From positions 85,066 through 149,065 of the forward strand of contig JACRMK010000007.1 in NCBI GenBank assembly GCA_016235055.1: 64,000 nucleotides of DNA, read 5' to 3'. Source of the DNA: Chloroflexota bacterium (GTDB lineage Bacteria > Chloroflexota > Anaerolineae > JACRMK01). Position 1 is the first letter of the stretch. Each line of letters begins with the position of its first letter. Both the position numbers and the translations under genes were made by a program. The notes beneath the pieces are model-generated. The model had not been told where the DNA came from, made no database searches, and was given only the letters and a program-made list of their open reading frames with translations. Positions 28,417 to 37,374 of the stretch are shown in pieces.

Positions 28417-28803
28417 TTGATCTCCCTGGGGAGGGGGAACCATGACGTCCCGTACTGCAAGCGCGGCGCGGCCGAGCGCGCGCTCGGTGTGTGCTTTCAC
28501 CAGGACTATCGCCGCTTCCTGCTGGAGGCGAGCGACGTAACGTTCGGCGCGCTGGAAGCGGCGCAGGTCACGCCTGACGCCGAGCGGCTGTACCTGGTCG
28601 ACATGGCCGACGAGGCGCACGAATCGATGGATTTGCCGGAGCGGTTGCTGCCGATCTGCGAGGACAACGGCGACTATTACTGCATGCGCGCCAGCGGCAA
28701 GTCGAGCGAGGTGATCTACTGGTCGCACGACGGCAGCACCGACGAGCGCTGGCCCGACCTCGACGCGTGGATCGCGGAGGTGTGGATCGGGGAGAACGGG
28801 TAG
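28417..28803 (+). CDS. SMI1/KNR4 (SUKH-1) family protein, immunity-protein-like
   Basis: It has the DYRRFLLE N-terminal motif and the conserved C-terminus NGDYYCM...IYWSHD. Confidence 0.6.
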   Translation: MISLGRGNHDVPYCKRGAAERALGVCFHQDYRRFLLEASDVTFGALEAAQVTPDAERLYLVDMADEAHESMDLPERLLPICEDNGDYYCMRASGKSSEVIYWSHDGSTDERWPDLDAWIAEVWIGENG

Positions 28804-28968
28804 GCGAGGAAGACCGCGCCGGTTTGGGAAACTCGCGCGGTCAGGACGATGCGGGTAATCACCGGCAGCCGCGCCGTTTACAGCCAACCGACTGCGCGGC
28901 CATAATGACCATGAGGCCGCACAACGTCGACGATGCTGCGCAGGCGCACACAGGGAGAGAGCAAACGC

Positions 28969-29547
28969 ATGAATCCGAAAGTGGATGCATTTATCGAGCG
29001 GGCCGGCCAGTGGCAGGCCGAATTTGAGCAACTGCGCGCGATTGTGCTGGAGAGCCAGCTTGCCGAGGAACTGAAATGGGGCGTGCCGTGCTACACGCTG
29101 GAGGGCAAGAACATTGTTTTGATGCACGGGTTTAAGGAATACTGCGCGCTCCTGTTCGTCAAAGGCGCTCTGCTAAAGGATGCCAAGGGCATTCTCATCA
29201 TCCAGACGGAGAACGTGCAGTCGGCCCGCCAGGTTCGGTTCAAGAGCGTCAAGGAGATCGCCAAACTGCGATCCACCCTGAAAGCCTATATCCGCGAGGC
29301 GATCGAGGCGGAGAAGTCCGGCCTCAAAGTCGCCATGAAACCGACGGCCGAGTTCAAGATGCCCGACGAGTTCCGCAGCGCGCTGGATGAGAACCCGGCC
29401 TTGCAAAAGGCCTTTGATGCGCTGACTCCGGGGCGGCAACGAGCGTATCTCCTCTACTTCTCCGCGCCCAAGCAATCCAAAACCCGGCTGTCGCGCATTG
29501 AAAAGTACACGCAGCCAATCCTCAAAGGCAAGGGGCTGAACGATTAG
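28969..29547 (+). CDS. YdeI/OmpD-associated (DUF1801-like) family protein
   Basis: The family pattern is recognised by memory. G+C is clearly lower than in the flanks. Confidence 0.55.
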   Translation: MNPKVDAFIERAGQWQAEFEQLRAIVLESQLAEELKWGVPCYTLEGKNIVLMHGFKEYCALLFVKGALLKDAKGILIIQTENVQSARQVRFKSVKEIAKLRSTLKAYIREAIEAEKSGLKVAMKPTAEFKMPDEFRSALDENPALQKAFDALTPGRQRAYLLYFSAPKQSKTRLSRIEKYTQPILKGKGLND

Positions 29548-29612
29548 CGCGACCCCGGAAACCGCCTAACCACTGAACGCGGCGACAGACGCTGGACGAC
29601 CGGAAAGGAGCG

Positions 29613-29894
29613 ATGTGCGGGCGGGCGGGCCACGCTCGAACAGCCGGGCGAGCCGGAGCCGCACCACGCACGCGGCCTGCGCGAGCAGTTGCCGCCGTCA
29701 GCGAGCGCTTCGAGGACGAGCATGCCGAACTGGTGCTGGCGATCTGCGGGGGCAACGGCGACTACGACTGCATGCGCGCCAGTGGCAGATCGAGCGAGGT
29801 TGTCTTCTGGGCGCACGACGATGGCGCCAGTGATGAGCGCTGGCCTGATCTGGCGGCGTGGATTGAACCGGTGTGGATCGGGGAGAACGGATAG
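29613..29894 (+). pseudogene. Chimeric fragment: a DUF4404-like segment fused in frame to the SMI1/KNR4 C-terminal segment
   Basis: About 29655-29745 is a diverged copy of 30590-30690. About 29750-29894 is a diverged copy of 28662-28803. The junction lies at a GATC microhomology. Confidence 0.6.
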
Positions 29895-30004
29895 GAAAGC
29901 GCGCAGCCATGAAAAGCGGACGCACCGACCGGCGGGCATGGTCGCCCGACGTGTGCTATACTCAGATTGTCGACCGTTCAGCAGATGGCATGGAGGATCT
30001 GAAC

Positions 30005-30409
30005 ATGTCCAGCGAATCGTCCAATCTGGAGCTTGTACGCCGCTACCTGGCCGCCATCGAGCACGGCGCCGAAGGCGAATTGCTCGCGGCGTTCTTCACG
30101 CCGGACGTGGTCTTTGAGGAAAAACCCAACCGGCTGGCGCCTAACGGATCACAGCAGGACTTGTCGGCGATGCAGGCGGCCGCGGCGCGCGGGAAGCGGG
30201 TCATCGCGGCGCAGCGCTACGAAATCCAGAACGCGCTTGCCTCCGGCGATCAAGTCGCGCTGGAAGTCGTCTGGAGCGGCATTCTGGCCATACCGTTCGG
30301 CACGCTCCCCGCGGGCGGCAGCCTGCGCGCCCACTTCGCAATTTTTCTCGAATTTCGCGATGGCCGGATTGCCCGCCAGCGCAACTACGACTGCTTCGAG
30401 CCCTGGTAG
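30005..30409 (+). CDS. SnoaL-like / NTF2-fold (ketosteroid isomerase-like) protein
   Basis: The N-terminus is LELVRRYLAAIEHG. GGAGGA lies 7 nt upstream of the ATG. Confidence 0.6.
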   Translation: MSSESSNLELVRRYLAAIEHGAEGELLAAFFTPDVVFEEKPNRLAPNGSQQDLSAMQAAAARGKRVIAAQRYEIQNALASGDQVALEVVWSGILAIPFGTLPAGGSLRAHFAIFLEFRDGRIARQRNYDCFEPW

Positions 30410-30450
30410 CGCGACGACGGCCCGCCAGCCTCGATGGAAAGGACGACGCC

Positions 30451-30729
30451 ATGAGCCAACCACAGAACCCGCTGCGCCAGTCGCTGGAAAATCTGCGTGA
30501 CCGGGCCGCGGAGACTCAGCCGAACGGCGAGAAGGCCCAGCAGGCACTGGCCGACCTGCAGGCGGGCGTGCAGGCGACGCTCGCCCAACCCGGCGCGCCG
30601 GAAGCGCAGCACGTCCACGGACTGCGCGAGCAACTGACGGCGGCGATTGAGCACTTTGAAGACGAGCATGCAGAGTTGACGCTCGCGATCGGGCAGGTGC
30701 TGGACAACCTGGCGGCCATCGGCCTGTAA
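30451..30729 (+). CDS. DUF4404 family protein
   Basis: It is small and helical with an EHFEDEHAEL motif. A perfect hairpin terminator follows. Confidence 0.5.
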   Translation: MSQPQNPLRQSLENLRDRAAETQPNGEKAQQALADLQAGVQATLAQPGAPEAQHVHGLREQLTAAIEHFEDEHAELTLAIGQVLDNLAAIGL

Positions 30730-30757
30730 CGCGCGACGGACGCCGCACAGAGAACGA

Positions 30758-30791
30758 CCACGGGGCACCCTCGGATGAGGGTGCCCCGTGG
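30758..30791 (+). terminator. Intrinsic terminator hairpin (ccacggggcaccctc-ggat-gagggtgccccgtgg)
   Basis: It has a perfect 15-bp stem followed by a T-containing tract. Confidence 0.7.
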
Positions 30792-30884
30792 TGCGTGCTT
30801 TGCGCTCTATTGTGTATTGGTCAGTAGCATGAGGTATACTGGAAAACTGTCGGAGGGCAAGAAGCCAGCCGCGGCATGACAACC

Positions 30885-30989
30885 CGTCATTCCGGCGCGA
30901 TTTTAGCCGGAATCCCGTCTGGACAACCACGGCCTGGACGTTTGCCACATGCGGATATAGATGCCGGCTTACTACACGCCGGCATGACG
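30885..30989. mobile_element. MITE-like element, family A, copy 2
   Basis: It has the same TIRs and subterminal hairpins as 22494-22599. Confidence 0.7.
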
Positions 30990-31046
30990 GACTGCAGAGT
31001 TCCGACAGTTCGTCGGTATACCGCGTGCGTCTCACAGCCAGCACTT

Positions 31047-31260
31047 GCAGCAATTCTCATTTTGGAGTCGGCCGCCAGGTGGCCTCCTCATCCCCTGGCC
31101 CCTGCTCCCCCGCGCGCGCGGGGGAGCAGGGGAAAAGCTAACGGGGAGGGCAACGCCGCTTTCTTGTCGAGCCAGCATGCGTGACAAGCACCAGGGGGGC
31201 CAGTTCATAGCAAGCTGGCAATGGAAAGTACCCGCCCAAGGCCAAAATGAGAATTGCTGC
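31047..31260. mobile_element. MITE-like element, family B (19-bp TIR GCAGCAATTCTCATTTTGG; palindromic core CCCCTGCTCCCCCGCGCGCGCGGGGGAGCAGGGG)
   Basis: It has perfect 19-bp terminal inverted repeats. An inverted homolog is at 44112-44335. Confidence 0.75.
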
Positions 31261-31399
31261 AGCACTTGAAGCCGCCCGTAAAACACGCTAGAATCAGGAC
31301 AGTAATCGGCCGCGTTTCGCCGCCTTGACGCGATGCACCGCAGCGGCCGGAGAGCGCATTGTGCACGCCCGCGCCGGTCGGACCGGCACCTGGTTGCCC

Positions 31400-32641
31400 A
31401 TGAAACGAAAGATTAACAGGATTGTGACCCACCATGCCGGCCCGCTGGCCGACACAGGCCGCCGCGGCGGGGTGATTTGGGGACTGCTCGGTGCGCTGGC
31501 TGTGTCCGCGCTGCTCACCTCGCCGTTCCTGCTGGGGCTTGGCATCCTGGCGGCGGGCGCGGCGTTGTTCGTGCTCGCGTCATTTGCCGCCTCACTGTAT
31601 ATGGTGCGCCTGCCGTATGCCACGCGGTCAGACCGCATCTATGGCTGGATGGCCTTCATCGGCTGGCTCCTCGGCTGGCAGCGCAGTTCATACCTCATCG
31701 AGAATGTCACGACGCGCCGCACGATCCCGAGCGGCGCCGGTTTGCTGCCCGGTATCGTGCTGGTAGACGGCCACAGCGTGCTGGTCACCAAACAGTTTTC
31801 CTACCACCATCGCGTGCTGGGCCCCGGCGTACACTTCACGCAGGCGCTCGAGTCCGTGCCGGTATACGGCGACGGCGGCGAGCCGGCGCGCGTGCACGAG
31901 GCGATCGACCTGCGGCGGCAGATGCGCTCGGTGGCGCTGCTGGCGCAGACACGCGACGGCCTGTTCGTCAATGCCAATCTCTGGACGATCTTCCAGATCG
32001 ATCGCGATCCGGACCCGGCGCTGGACGAGCACAATTTCTTCCGCTTCTACGAGCAGTCCGTGTACGCCGCCGTCATGGCCGAGCGCGTCGGCGCAAAACA
32101 GGGCGAGACGCACGACTGGACAACGCTGCCCGTGACGCTTGGGCGTGATGCTGCGCTCCAGGCGATTTCGACCTACACGCTCGACGAGTTGTACGCACCG
32201 CGCGGCGACAGCGACGGCTTCCACCCGATGGACATGCGCCGCAAGCTTGGCGCGGAGATCGCCGAAGCGATCCGCGAACCGCTCAAGGGCAAGGGGATTC
32301 AGTTGATCGCAGCGGGCGTGACAAAGATCATGCCGGCCGATGTGCGGGTGACGCAGCAGCGGGTGCTGAACTGGCGCGCCACGCGGCAAACCGTTGTAAC
32401 CACGCAAGCGGCCGAGGCGACCGCGCTCGTCGAGCAGCAGATGGATGTGGCGCGCAGCAAGGCGCAATTGGGCATCCTGGCCGGCATGCTGACCGGCCTC
32501 AAGAGCGTGGACGAGCGCAACCGCCGCATGCTCGTCGCCTTGCGCCTGGCGACGGCGCTGGAAATGATGTTCTCGCGCCGGGCGGGCATGCCGCCGGCGG
32601 CTCCCAGGCCGGATGCCGCGACCGGGCAGGGGGGCTCGTGA
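31400..32641 (+). CDS. SPFH/band-7 domain membrane protein (HflK/C-like), paralog 1
   Basis: It has an N-terminal TM hairpin followed by an SPFH-like core (GIVLVDGHSVLV...LGPGVHF...TRDGLFVNANLWTIFQI). Confidence 0.55.
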   Translation: MKRKINRIVTHHAGPLADTGRRGGVIWGLLGALAVSALLTSPFLLGLGILAAGAALFVLASFAASLYMVRLPYATRSDRIYGWMAFIGWLLGWQRSSYLIENVTTRRTIPSGAGLLPGIVLVDGHSVLVTKQFSYHHRVLGPGVHFTQALESVPVYGDGGEPARVHEAIDLRRQMRSVALLAQTRDGLFVNANLWTIFQIDRDPDPALDEHNFFRFYEQSVYAAVMAERVGAKQGETHDWTTLPVTLGRDAALQAISTYTLDELYAPRGDSDGFHPMDMRRKLGAEIAEAIREPLKGKGIQLIAAGVTKIMPADVRVTQQRVLNWRATRQTVVTTQAAEATALVEQQMDVARSKAQLGILAGMLTGLKSVDERNRRMLVALRLATALEMMFSRRAGMPPAAPRPDAATGQGGS

Positions 32642-33855
32642 TGGAACCGACCGCCACCCTCCAACTGCTGCAGACCGTTGCGCCGTTCGCGGCCGTCGCC
32701 GCCATCGTGGTTCTGATCGGCCTGCCGTTCATGCTGGCCGGCACGTTCAACACGCTGTTGTTTGCGCTGCATCGCAATAGCGCCGACGGAGAAAGCACCG
32801 CCAGCTTCGTGCGCGTGGTCAACGGCGCCATCACGCAGGATTCGTCCGCCCACGCGATCCATATGGGCGGACCGGCCGTGCTCATGGTGGATGAGCACAG
32901 CGCGGCCGTGCTCGACCGCTTCGGCCATTTCACGCGCGCCGTCGGCGTTGGCGGATACCTGCTGGACCGCTGCGAACGCGTGGCCGGTGTGGCCGATCTA
33001 CGCCGGCAGGTGCGCACCACGACCTCGCGGGTCTTCACGCGCGATGGCATCCCGGTCGAGTACGAGGTCGAGATCGAGTTCCGCATCATCGGCGACCCCA
33101 GCGTGCCGCGCGCGGCGATCGTGCGGCCGAGCGCGATCGAGAAGTTCTTAGAGCGCTTCACCGAGCCGCGCACCCACCAGTCGCTGCCGCGCTACGTGTT
33201 CTCGCCGGACGCGGTGCGGCTGGCCGTTTACCCGCTGACCGTGCTGGAGAACGGCGAGCAGTCGCGCTGGAGCGACGTGATTGTGCGGCAGGGCATGGGC
33301 GAAATCGACGCCGTCATCGCCAGTTGCCGCTTCGATGAAATCTGCCTGCCGGGCGAGCCTGATAGCGCCGGGCCGCGTCTGGAGCGCTCGATGCGCCGCC
33401 GCGTGCAGCGCGAGGCGACGACTGCGGCCGAAACCGTCCTGGCGCGCAATGGCGCCAAACTACTCGGACTCCGCTTCTCGTCGTTCAGATTCGATATGCC
33501 GGAGGCGCAAGGCATCCTCGACCAGCATTTCGAGAACTGGCAAGCACACTGGGACAACGTGCTGCGGCTGGCGCTGGCGGAAGGAACCACGAACGCGATC
33601 GAGGCGGAGGGCGCTGCGCGGGCCGAGGCGCAGGTGCCGAAGCTGGCGCCGCTCCTGCGCTTCCTGGACAATATCTCGATGACGCCGGCCGGCCGCGAGA
33701 CCATGCCGATGCTGCGCGCCATCGAGGCGATGGAGCGCATGGCGCTTGACCCGCGCGCATATCGCTTCATGCCGGAGGAAGTCTACGCGCTGCTGCGCGA
33801 GATGGGCGCTATCGACGGCGACAACACTTCACCAGAGAACGGCTCAGCCGCCTGA
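32638..33855 (+). CDS. SPFH/band-7 domain membrane protein, paralog 2
   Basis: It has the same architecture as the upstream gene, and its start overlaps the upstream stop. Confidence 0.5.
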   Translation: MMEPTATLQLLQTVAPFAAVAAIVVLIGLPFMLAGTFNTLLFALHRNSADGESTASFVRVVNGAITQDSSAHAIHMGGPAVLMVDEHSAAVLDRFGHFTRAVGVGGYLLDRCERVAGVADLRRQVRTTTSRVFTRDGIPVEYEVEIEFRIIGDPSVPRAAIVRPSAIEKFLERFTEPRTHQSLPRYVFSPDAVRLAVYPLTVLENGEQSRWSDVIVRQGMGEIDAVIASCRFDEICLPGEPDSAGPRLERSMRRRVQREATTAAETVLARNGAKLLGLRFSSFRFDMPEAQGILDQHFENWQAHWDNVLRLALAEGTTNAIEAEGAARAEAQVPKLAPLLRFLDNISMTPAGRETMPMLRAIEAMERMALDPRAYRFMPEEVYALLREMGAIDGDNTSPENGSAA

Positions 33856-33858
33856 ACT

Positions 33859-34794
33859 ATGCCTACTCGCTTCCCGATCCAGGTCCCGGCCGACTTGCTG
33901 GCGGCCATTGCCGCCGGCCGCGGCGTGGTGGCACTCGAATCGACCGTCATCGCGCACGGCCTGCCGCGCCCGGAGAACCTGACGACCGCGCGGCGGTTGG
34001 AAGCGGTTGTGCGCGCCGAAGGCGGCCTGCCGGCCACGGTCGCCATTCTGGGCGGCCGCCTGCACGCCGGACTGACCGACGCGCAGTTACAGCACCTGGC
34101 TAACGATGATGGCATCCGCAAAGTCAGCCGGCGCGACCTGCCCGTGGCGGTTGCGCGCGGCCAGGACGGTGCCACGACCGTGGCGACGACGATGTGGATC
34201 GCCGCGCGCGCGGGCATCTCGGTGTTCGCCACCGGCGGCATTGGCGGCGTGCATCGCGGGCATCTGCCGGATATCTCCGCCGACCTGCCCGAGCTGGCGC
34301 GCATCCCGATGGTGGTCGTCTGCTCGGGAGCCAAGATCATCCTCGACCTGCCGGCCACGCGCGAATGGCTGGAGACGTACGGGGTGACGGTCGTCGGCTA
34401 CCAGTGTGACGAGTTCCCGGCGTTCTACTCGCGCCGCAGCGGCCTGCCGGTCGACGTGCGCGCCGACAAGCCCGAGGATGTCGTTGCGATCCTGCGCGCG
34501 CGGCGCGCGCTGGACATGCACGGCGCGGTGCTGGTGACCGTGCCGGTCCCGCCGGAGGCGGAAATCCCGATGGAGCAACTGCAGGGGCCGCTCGATCGGG
34601 CGCTGGCCGAGGCGGAACAGCAGAACATCACGGGGCGCGCGCTGACGCCGTTCCTGCTGTCGCGCCTCGCCGAGTTCAGCGACGGCGCAACCCTGCGCGC
34701 CAACATCGCGCTGCTAGACAACAACGCGCGCACGGCCGCACAGATTGCGCGCGCGATGGAACCGCGCATGGCGCCGATGGGCTTCCCGCGTTAG
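33859..34794 (+). CDS. psuG: Pseudouridine-5'-phosphate glycosidase
   Basis: It has the indigoidine-synthase-A-like signature (ALESTVIAHGLP...FATGGIGGVHRG). Confidence 0.85.
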   Translation: MPTRFPIQVPADLLAAIAAGRGVVALESTVIAHGLPRPENLTTARRLEAVVRAEGGLPATVAILGGRLHAGLTDAQLQHLANDDGIRKVSRRDLPVAVARGQDGATTVATTMWIAARAGISVFATGGIGGVHRGHLPDISADLPELARIPMVVVCSGAKIILDLPATREWLETYGVTVVGYQCDEFPAFYSRRSGLPVDVRADKPEDVVAILRARRALDMHGAVLVTVPVPPEAEIPMEQLQGPLDRALAEAEQQNITGRALTPFLLSRLAEFSDGATLRANIALLDNNARTAAQIARAMEPRMAPMGFPR

Positions 34795-34795
34795 G

Positions 34796-34960
34796 GATTA
34801 TACTGTTTCAGTTTGAGCATGCCCCCAGAACTGGTAGCAAGTGCGGTTGTCACCCCCTCATCCCCTGGCCCCTTCTCTCCCGCGCGCGGGGCGAAGGGGA
34901 AAAGCTGATTGGGGATTGGGGAGGGCGGCGATTGCTATATAGTGCTGAAACATACAACAA
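34796..34960. mobile_element. MITE-like element related to family B (CTGTTTCA-type termini with a CCCCTCATCCCCTGGCC palindromic core)
   Basis: It shares its core with 31047-31260, 44112-44335 and 47692-47965. Confidence 0.55.
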
Positions 34961-34995
34961 TCGCTTGGGGACATACTCATCACAAAACAATATTA

Positions 34996-35022
34996 CCCTT
35001 CGAGTCTTGAAGACCCGAAGGG
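34996..35022. terminator. Bidirectional intrinsic terminator hairpin (cccttcg...cgaaggg) with T-tracts on both strands
   Basis: It lies between the convergent psuG and PIG-L genes. Confidence 0.6.
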
Positions 35023-35030
35023 TTTAAATC

Positions 35031-35738
35031 TCACGCTCGGTAGAACTTCTCCGCGTACTTCACGCCGATCGGCTTGCCCTGCGCCTGCATCCAATTCTCC
35101 AGCCAGTCGAAATTGAACTCCGGGTGGCCGAACTGGCACTCATGCAGGCGCATCGCGTTCATGCGCACATCCCACAGGTGCGAGACATCCACGTGCAGCT
35201 CTTCGGGCGCGCCGGCACGCCCGCCAAACAGGAACTGGCGTTTGACCTGGCTCGGGCGGACGCCGCGCCTGAGCTGCTCCGGGCGATAGAGCGGCATTGA
35301 GGCCGGAATGAGCGCATCCATCGCGGCCCGGCCCGCCGCGCGGTGATCGGGATGGCCGCCCACCTGCGGGTCGAACGTCATCAGCGTGTCCGGCTGGAAG
35401 ATGCGGTACTGCTTCGCGATCTGCGCGCGCAGTTCCAGTGACGGCTCCAGTTCGCCGTCGTCGTGCCCGAGGAACACCACGTCCTTGATCCCCAGGTACG
35501 CGGCCGCCGCGCGCGCCTCCTTGCGGCGCGTGCGGGCCAGCGACGCGCGCGTGTAGCGCTTCGTGTCATGCGTACCGATGTTGCCGTCGGTGCAGAGCAC
35601 CTCGATCACCTCGACGCCGCGCTGCGCCATCATGTGAATCGACCCGCCGGCGATCGTCTCCAGATCGTCGGGGTGCGCGGCGACGAAGATCAGCCGCTTG
35701 ACGTCCTCGAATGGCCACGGTTGCTTGCGCTTGGGCAT
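35031..35738 (-). CDS. PIG-L (LmbE-like) family deacetylase
   Basis: It has the AHPDDE motif and a conserved HxDH. Confidence 0.8.
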   Translation of the reverse strand: MPKRKQPWPFEDVKRLIFVAAHPDDLETIAGGSIHMMAQRGVEVIEVLCTDGNIGTHDTKRYTRASLARTRRKEARAAAAYLGIKDVVFLGHDDGELEPSLELRAQIAKQYRIFQPDTLMTFDPQVGGHPDHRAAGRAAMDALIPASMPLYRPEQLRRGVRPSQVKRQFLFGGRAGAPEELHVDVSHLWDVRMNAMRLHECQFGHPEFNFDWLENWMQAQGKPIGVKYAEKFYRA

Positions 35739-35824
35739 CGGATCCCCTCCCCAGGGTGAATAGATGCGCCCGTGACGGGTGTCACGGGCGTGTCTGCTGA
35801 TCGGACTAAACCGGCGGACCGCGT

Positions 35825-36685
35825 CTACATGCCCGCGTTCTGAATGACCTGCTTGATCTGGGCCAGCACGCCGGCCGCTTTGGCATGCGCATCGTTGGCC
35901 GCCGCCAACTGGCTGGTCAGCGACGCAACCTGCGCCTGTAACTCCGCGATCTGGCGCTGCAGGTCGGCCGTGTCATCGGGTGGCGGTATATCGGCGGGCA
36001 CCGTCAGCGTTATGCTGGCCGTCTGCCCCGCGACGACCGTCACGGATGCGCTGACCGCCGTGCCCGCCACGGTCAGCGTGTATGCGCCGGGCGGCACGTC
36101 ATCAAACGCAAACGCCCCATCCGCGCCGGCTATTGCGCTGGTGTTGACGTTGCCGCCCGCGAGCAAGACGCTCCGTCCCGCGCCGTTTGTCAGCGTGCCG
36201 CGAATCGAGCCGTTGGCCGGAGCGGCGTCGCCTTCAAACAGCGCCTCGCGGAAGACGACCATGAAGGAGTGGTGGCCGAAGGTGTTGCCGGCTTCCTCGT
36301 CGGGGTGCTCGGTGCCGAAGCCGACCGCCTTGTCCGACGGCATGCCCAGCGCTTCAATGTCGTAGAAGTTCCCGGCATACATCGGCGTGCTGGTGCCCGG
36401 CTCGTTGCCGGGCTTGTCGATCGTGAGGTCGGCGCTGCGCCCGGCCCAGACCAGGCGGCACTTGGCGCCATAACGGCGCGTGCCGTCCATGGCGAGCACG
36501 TCCACGTTGAGGTTACGGTTGCCACGGTTCTGGCGGCCGCTCAAATGGTAGGCGTCGACAATCTTCCAGTAGCGGGTGCCGGGCGGCAGGCCGCTGGCGC
36601 GCTGAATCGACGCGCCGTACGCGGAAATGTCGCGCAGGCTCATGGGATTGCCGGTATCGCTGTCAATCGGTCGGTCAGGCATCAT
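35825..36685 (-). CDS. Hypothetical protein: unknown N-terminal domain, a carboxypeptidase-regulatory-like beta-sandwich, and a C-terminal coiled coil
   Basis: It has a CarbopepD_reg-like segment (GTLTNGAGRSVLLAGG...DDVPPGAYTL) and a heptad C-terminus. An AGGAGG RBS is present. Confidence 0.45.
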   Translation of the reverse strand: MMPDRPIDSDTGNPMSLRDISAYGASIQRASGLPPGTRYWKIVDAYHLSGRQNRGNRNLNVDVLAMDGTRRYGAKCRLVWAGRSADLTIDKPGNEPGTSTPMYAGNFYDIEALGMPSDKAVGFGTEHPDEEAGNTFGHHSFMVVFREALFEGDAAPANGSIRGTLTNGAGRSVLLAGGNVNTSAIAGADGAFAFDDVPPGAYTLTVAGTAVSASVTVVAGQTASITLTVPADIPPPDDTADLQRQIAELQAQVASLTSQLAAANDAHAKAAGVLAQIKQVIQNAGM

Positions 36686-37349
36686 TGCCTCCTTTGAGCG
36701 GTATAGGGTTGTTTTTGGTCGCAATCAGAACTTGCGCATGGCTGCGCGCATCGCCGGTGCGCAGCACCTGCACGTCAAAGCCGGCCTGGCGCAGCGGCCG
36801 GGCGCGCTCGTCGCCAATGTCGGACGTGCCCGTGAAGCGAAACGCCAGATTGATCAGCGCGCCGAGCGCGGGCGGCCCGTCCAGCCATCCGGCGTCCACT
36901 ATGACGATGCGCCCGCCGGGCGCCAGCACGCGCGCCATCTCGGTGATCGCTTGCGGCGACTGCAGGAAGTTCGGCGGGAACGTCAGCACCAGCGAGTCGA
37001 ATGTACCGGCCGGGTACGGTAGCGCCAGCACACTCGCGCGGGCCAGCCGCAGGCGATGCCCGGCGCGGCGCAGTTTGCCCGCCGTGATGCGCGCCATCTC
37101 CAGCGACAGGTCCGCTCCGAACGGCTCGATGTTCGCTGCTCGCATGTCGAGCTGCAGGCTGCCCGTGCCGAAGGCGATCTCCAGCACGCGCGCGCCGCGC
37201 AGGTGCGGGATCGCCGCATCGCACCAGGACCGCCAGTGTCCCAGCGAAATCACGGCGCTGACGAAATCGTACGTGAATGCGAACGAGTTGTAAAAGTGAT
37301 AAAAGGCCCAGCGCAGGAACCGCAGGCGCAGGCTATTCAACGCCGGCAC
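36675..37349 (-). CDS. Class I SAM-dependent methyltransferase
   Basis: It has a motif I (VLEIAFGTGS) and a conserved RLRFLRWAFYHFY N-terminus. The GTG start is inferred. Confidence 0.65.
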   Translation of the reverse strand: MPALNSLRLRFLRWAFYHFYNSFAFTYDFVSAVISLGHWRSWCDAAIPHLRGARVLEIAFGTGSLQLDMRAANIEPFGADLSLEMARITAGKLRRAGHRLRLARASVLALPYPAGTFDSLVLTFPPNFLQSPQAITEMARVLAPGGRIVIVDAGWLDGPPALGALINLAFRFTGTSDIGDERARPLRQAGFDVQVLRTGDARSHAQVLIATKNNPIPLKGGNDA

Positions 37350-37374
37350 GCTCGCATTATAGCACAAGCGCCGT

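Noticed and set aside
30385-31053. 222-aa minus-strand ORF spanning the DUF4404 gene and the repeat region
   Set aside because: It is antisense to DUF4404 and runs through a terminator hairpin and a MITE. It has no RBS or motif support.
31045-31286. Short ORFs translating to PLIPWPLLPRARGGAGEK-like peptides. The same peptide also appears near 34860, 44215 and 47745.
   Set aside because: They lie entirely inside the family B repeat element's palindromic core. They recur in both orientations, so they are repeat-derived and not genes.
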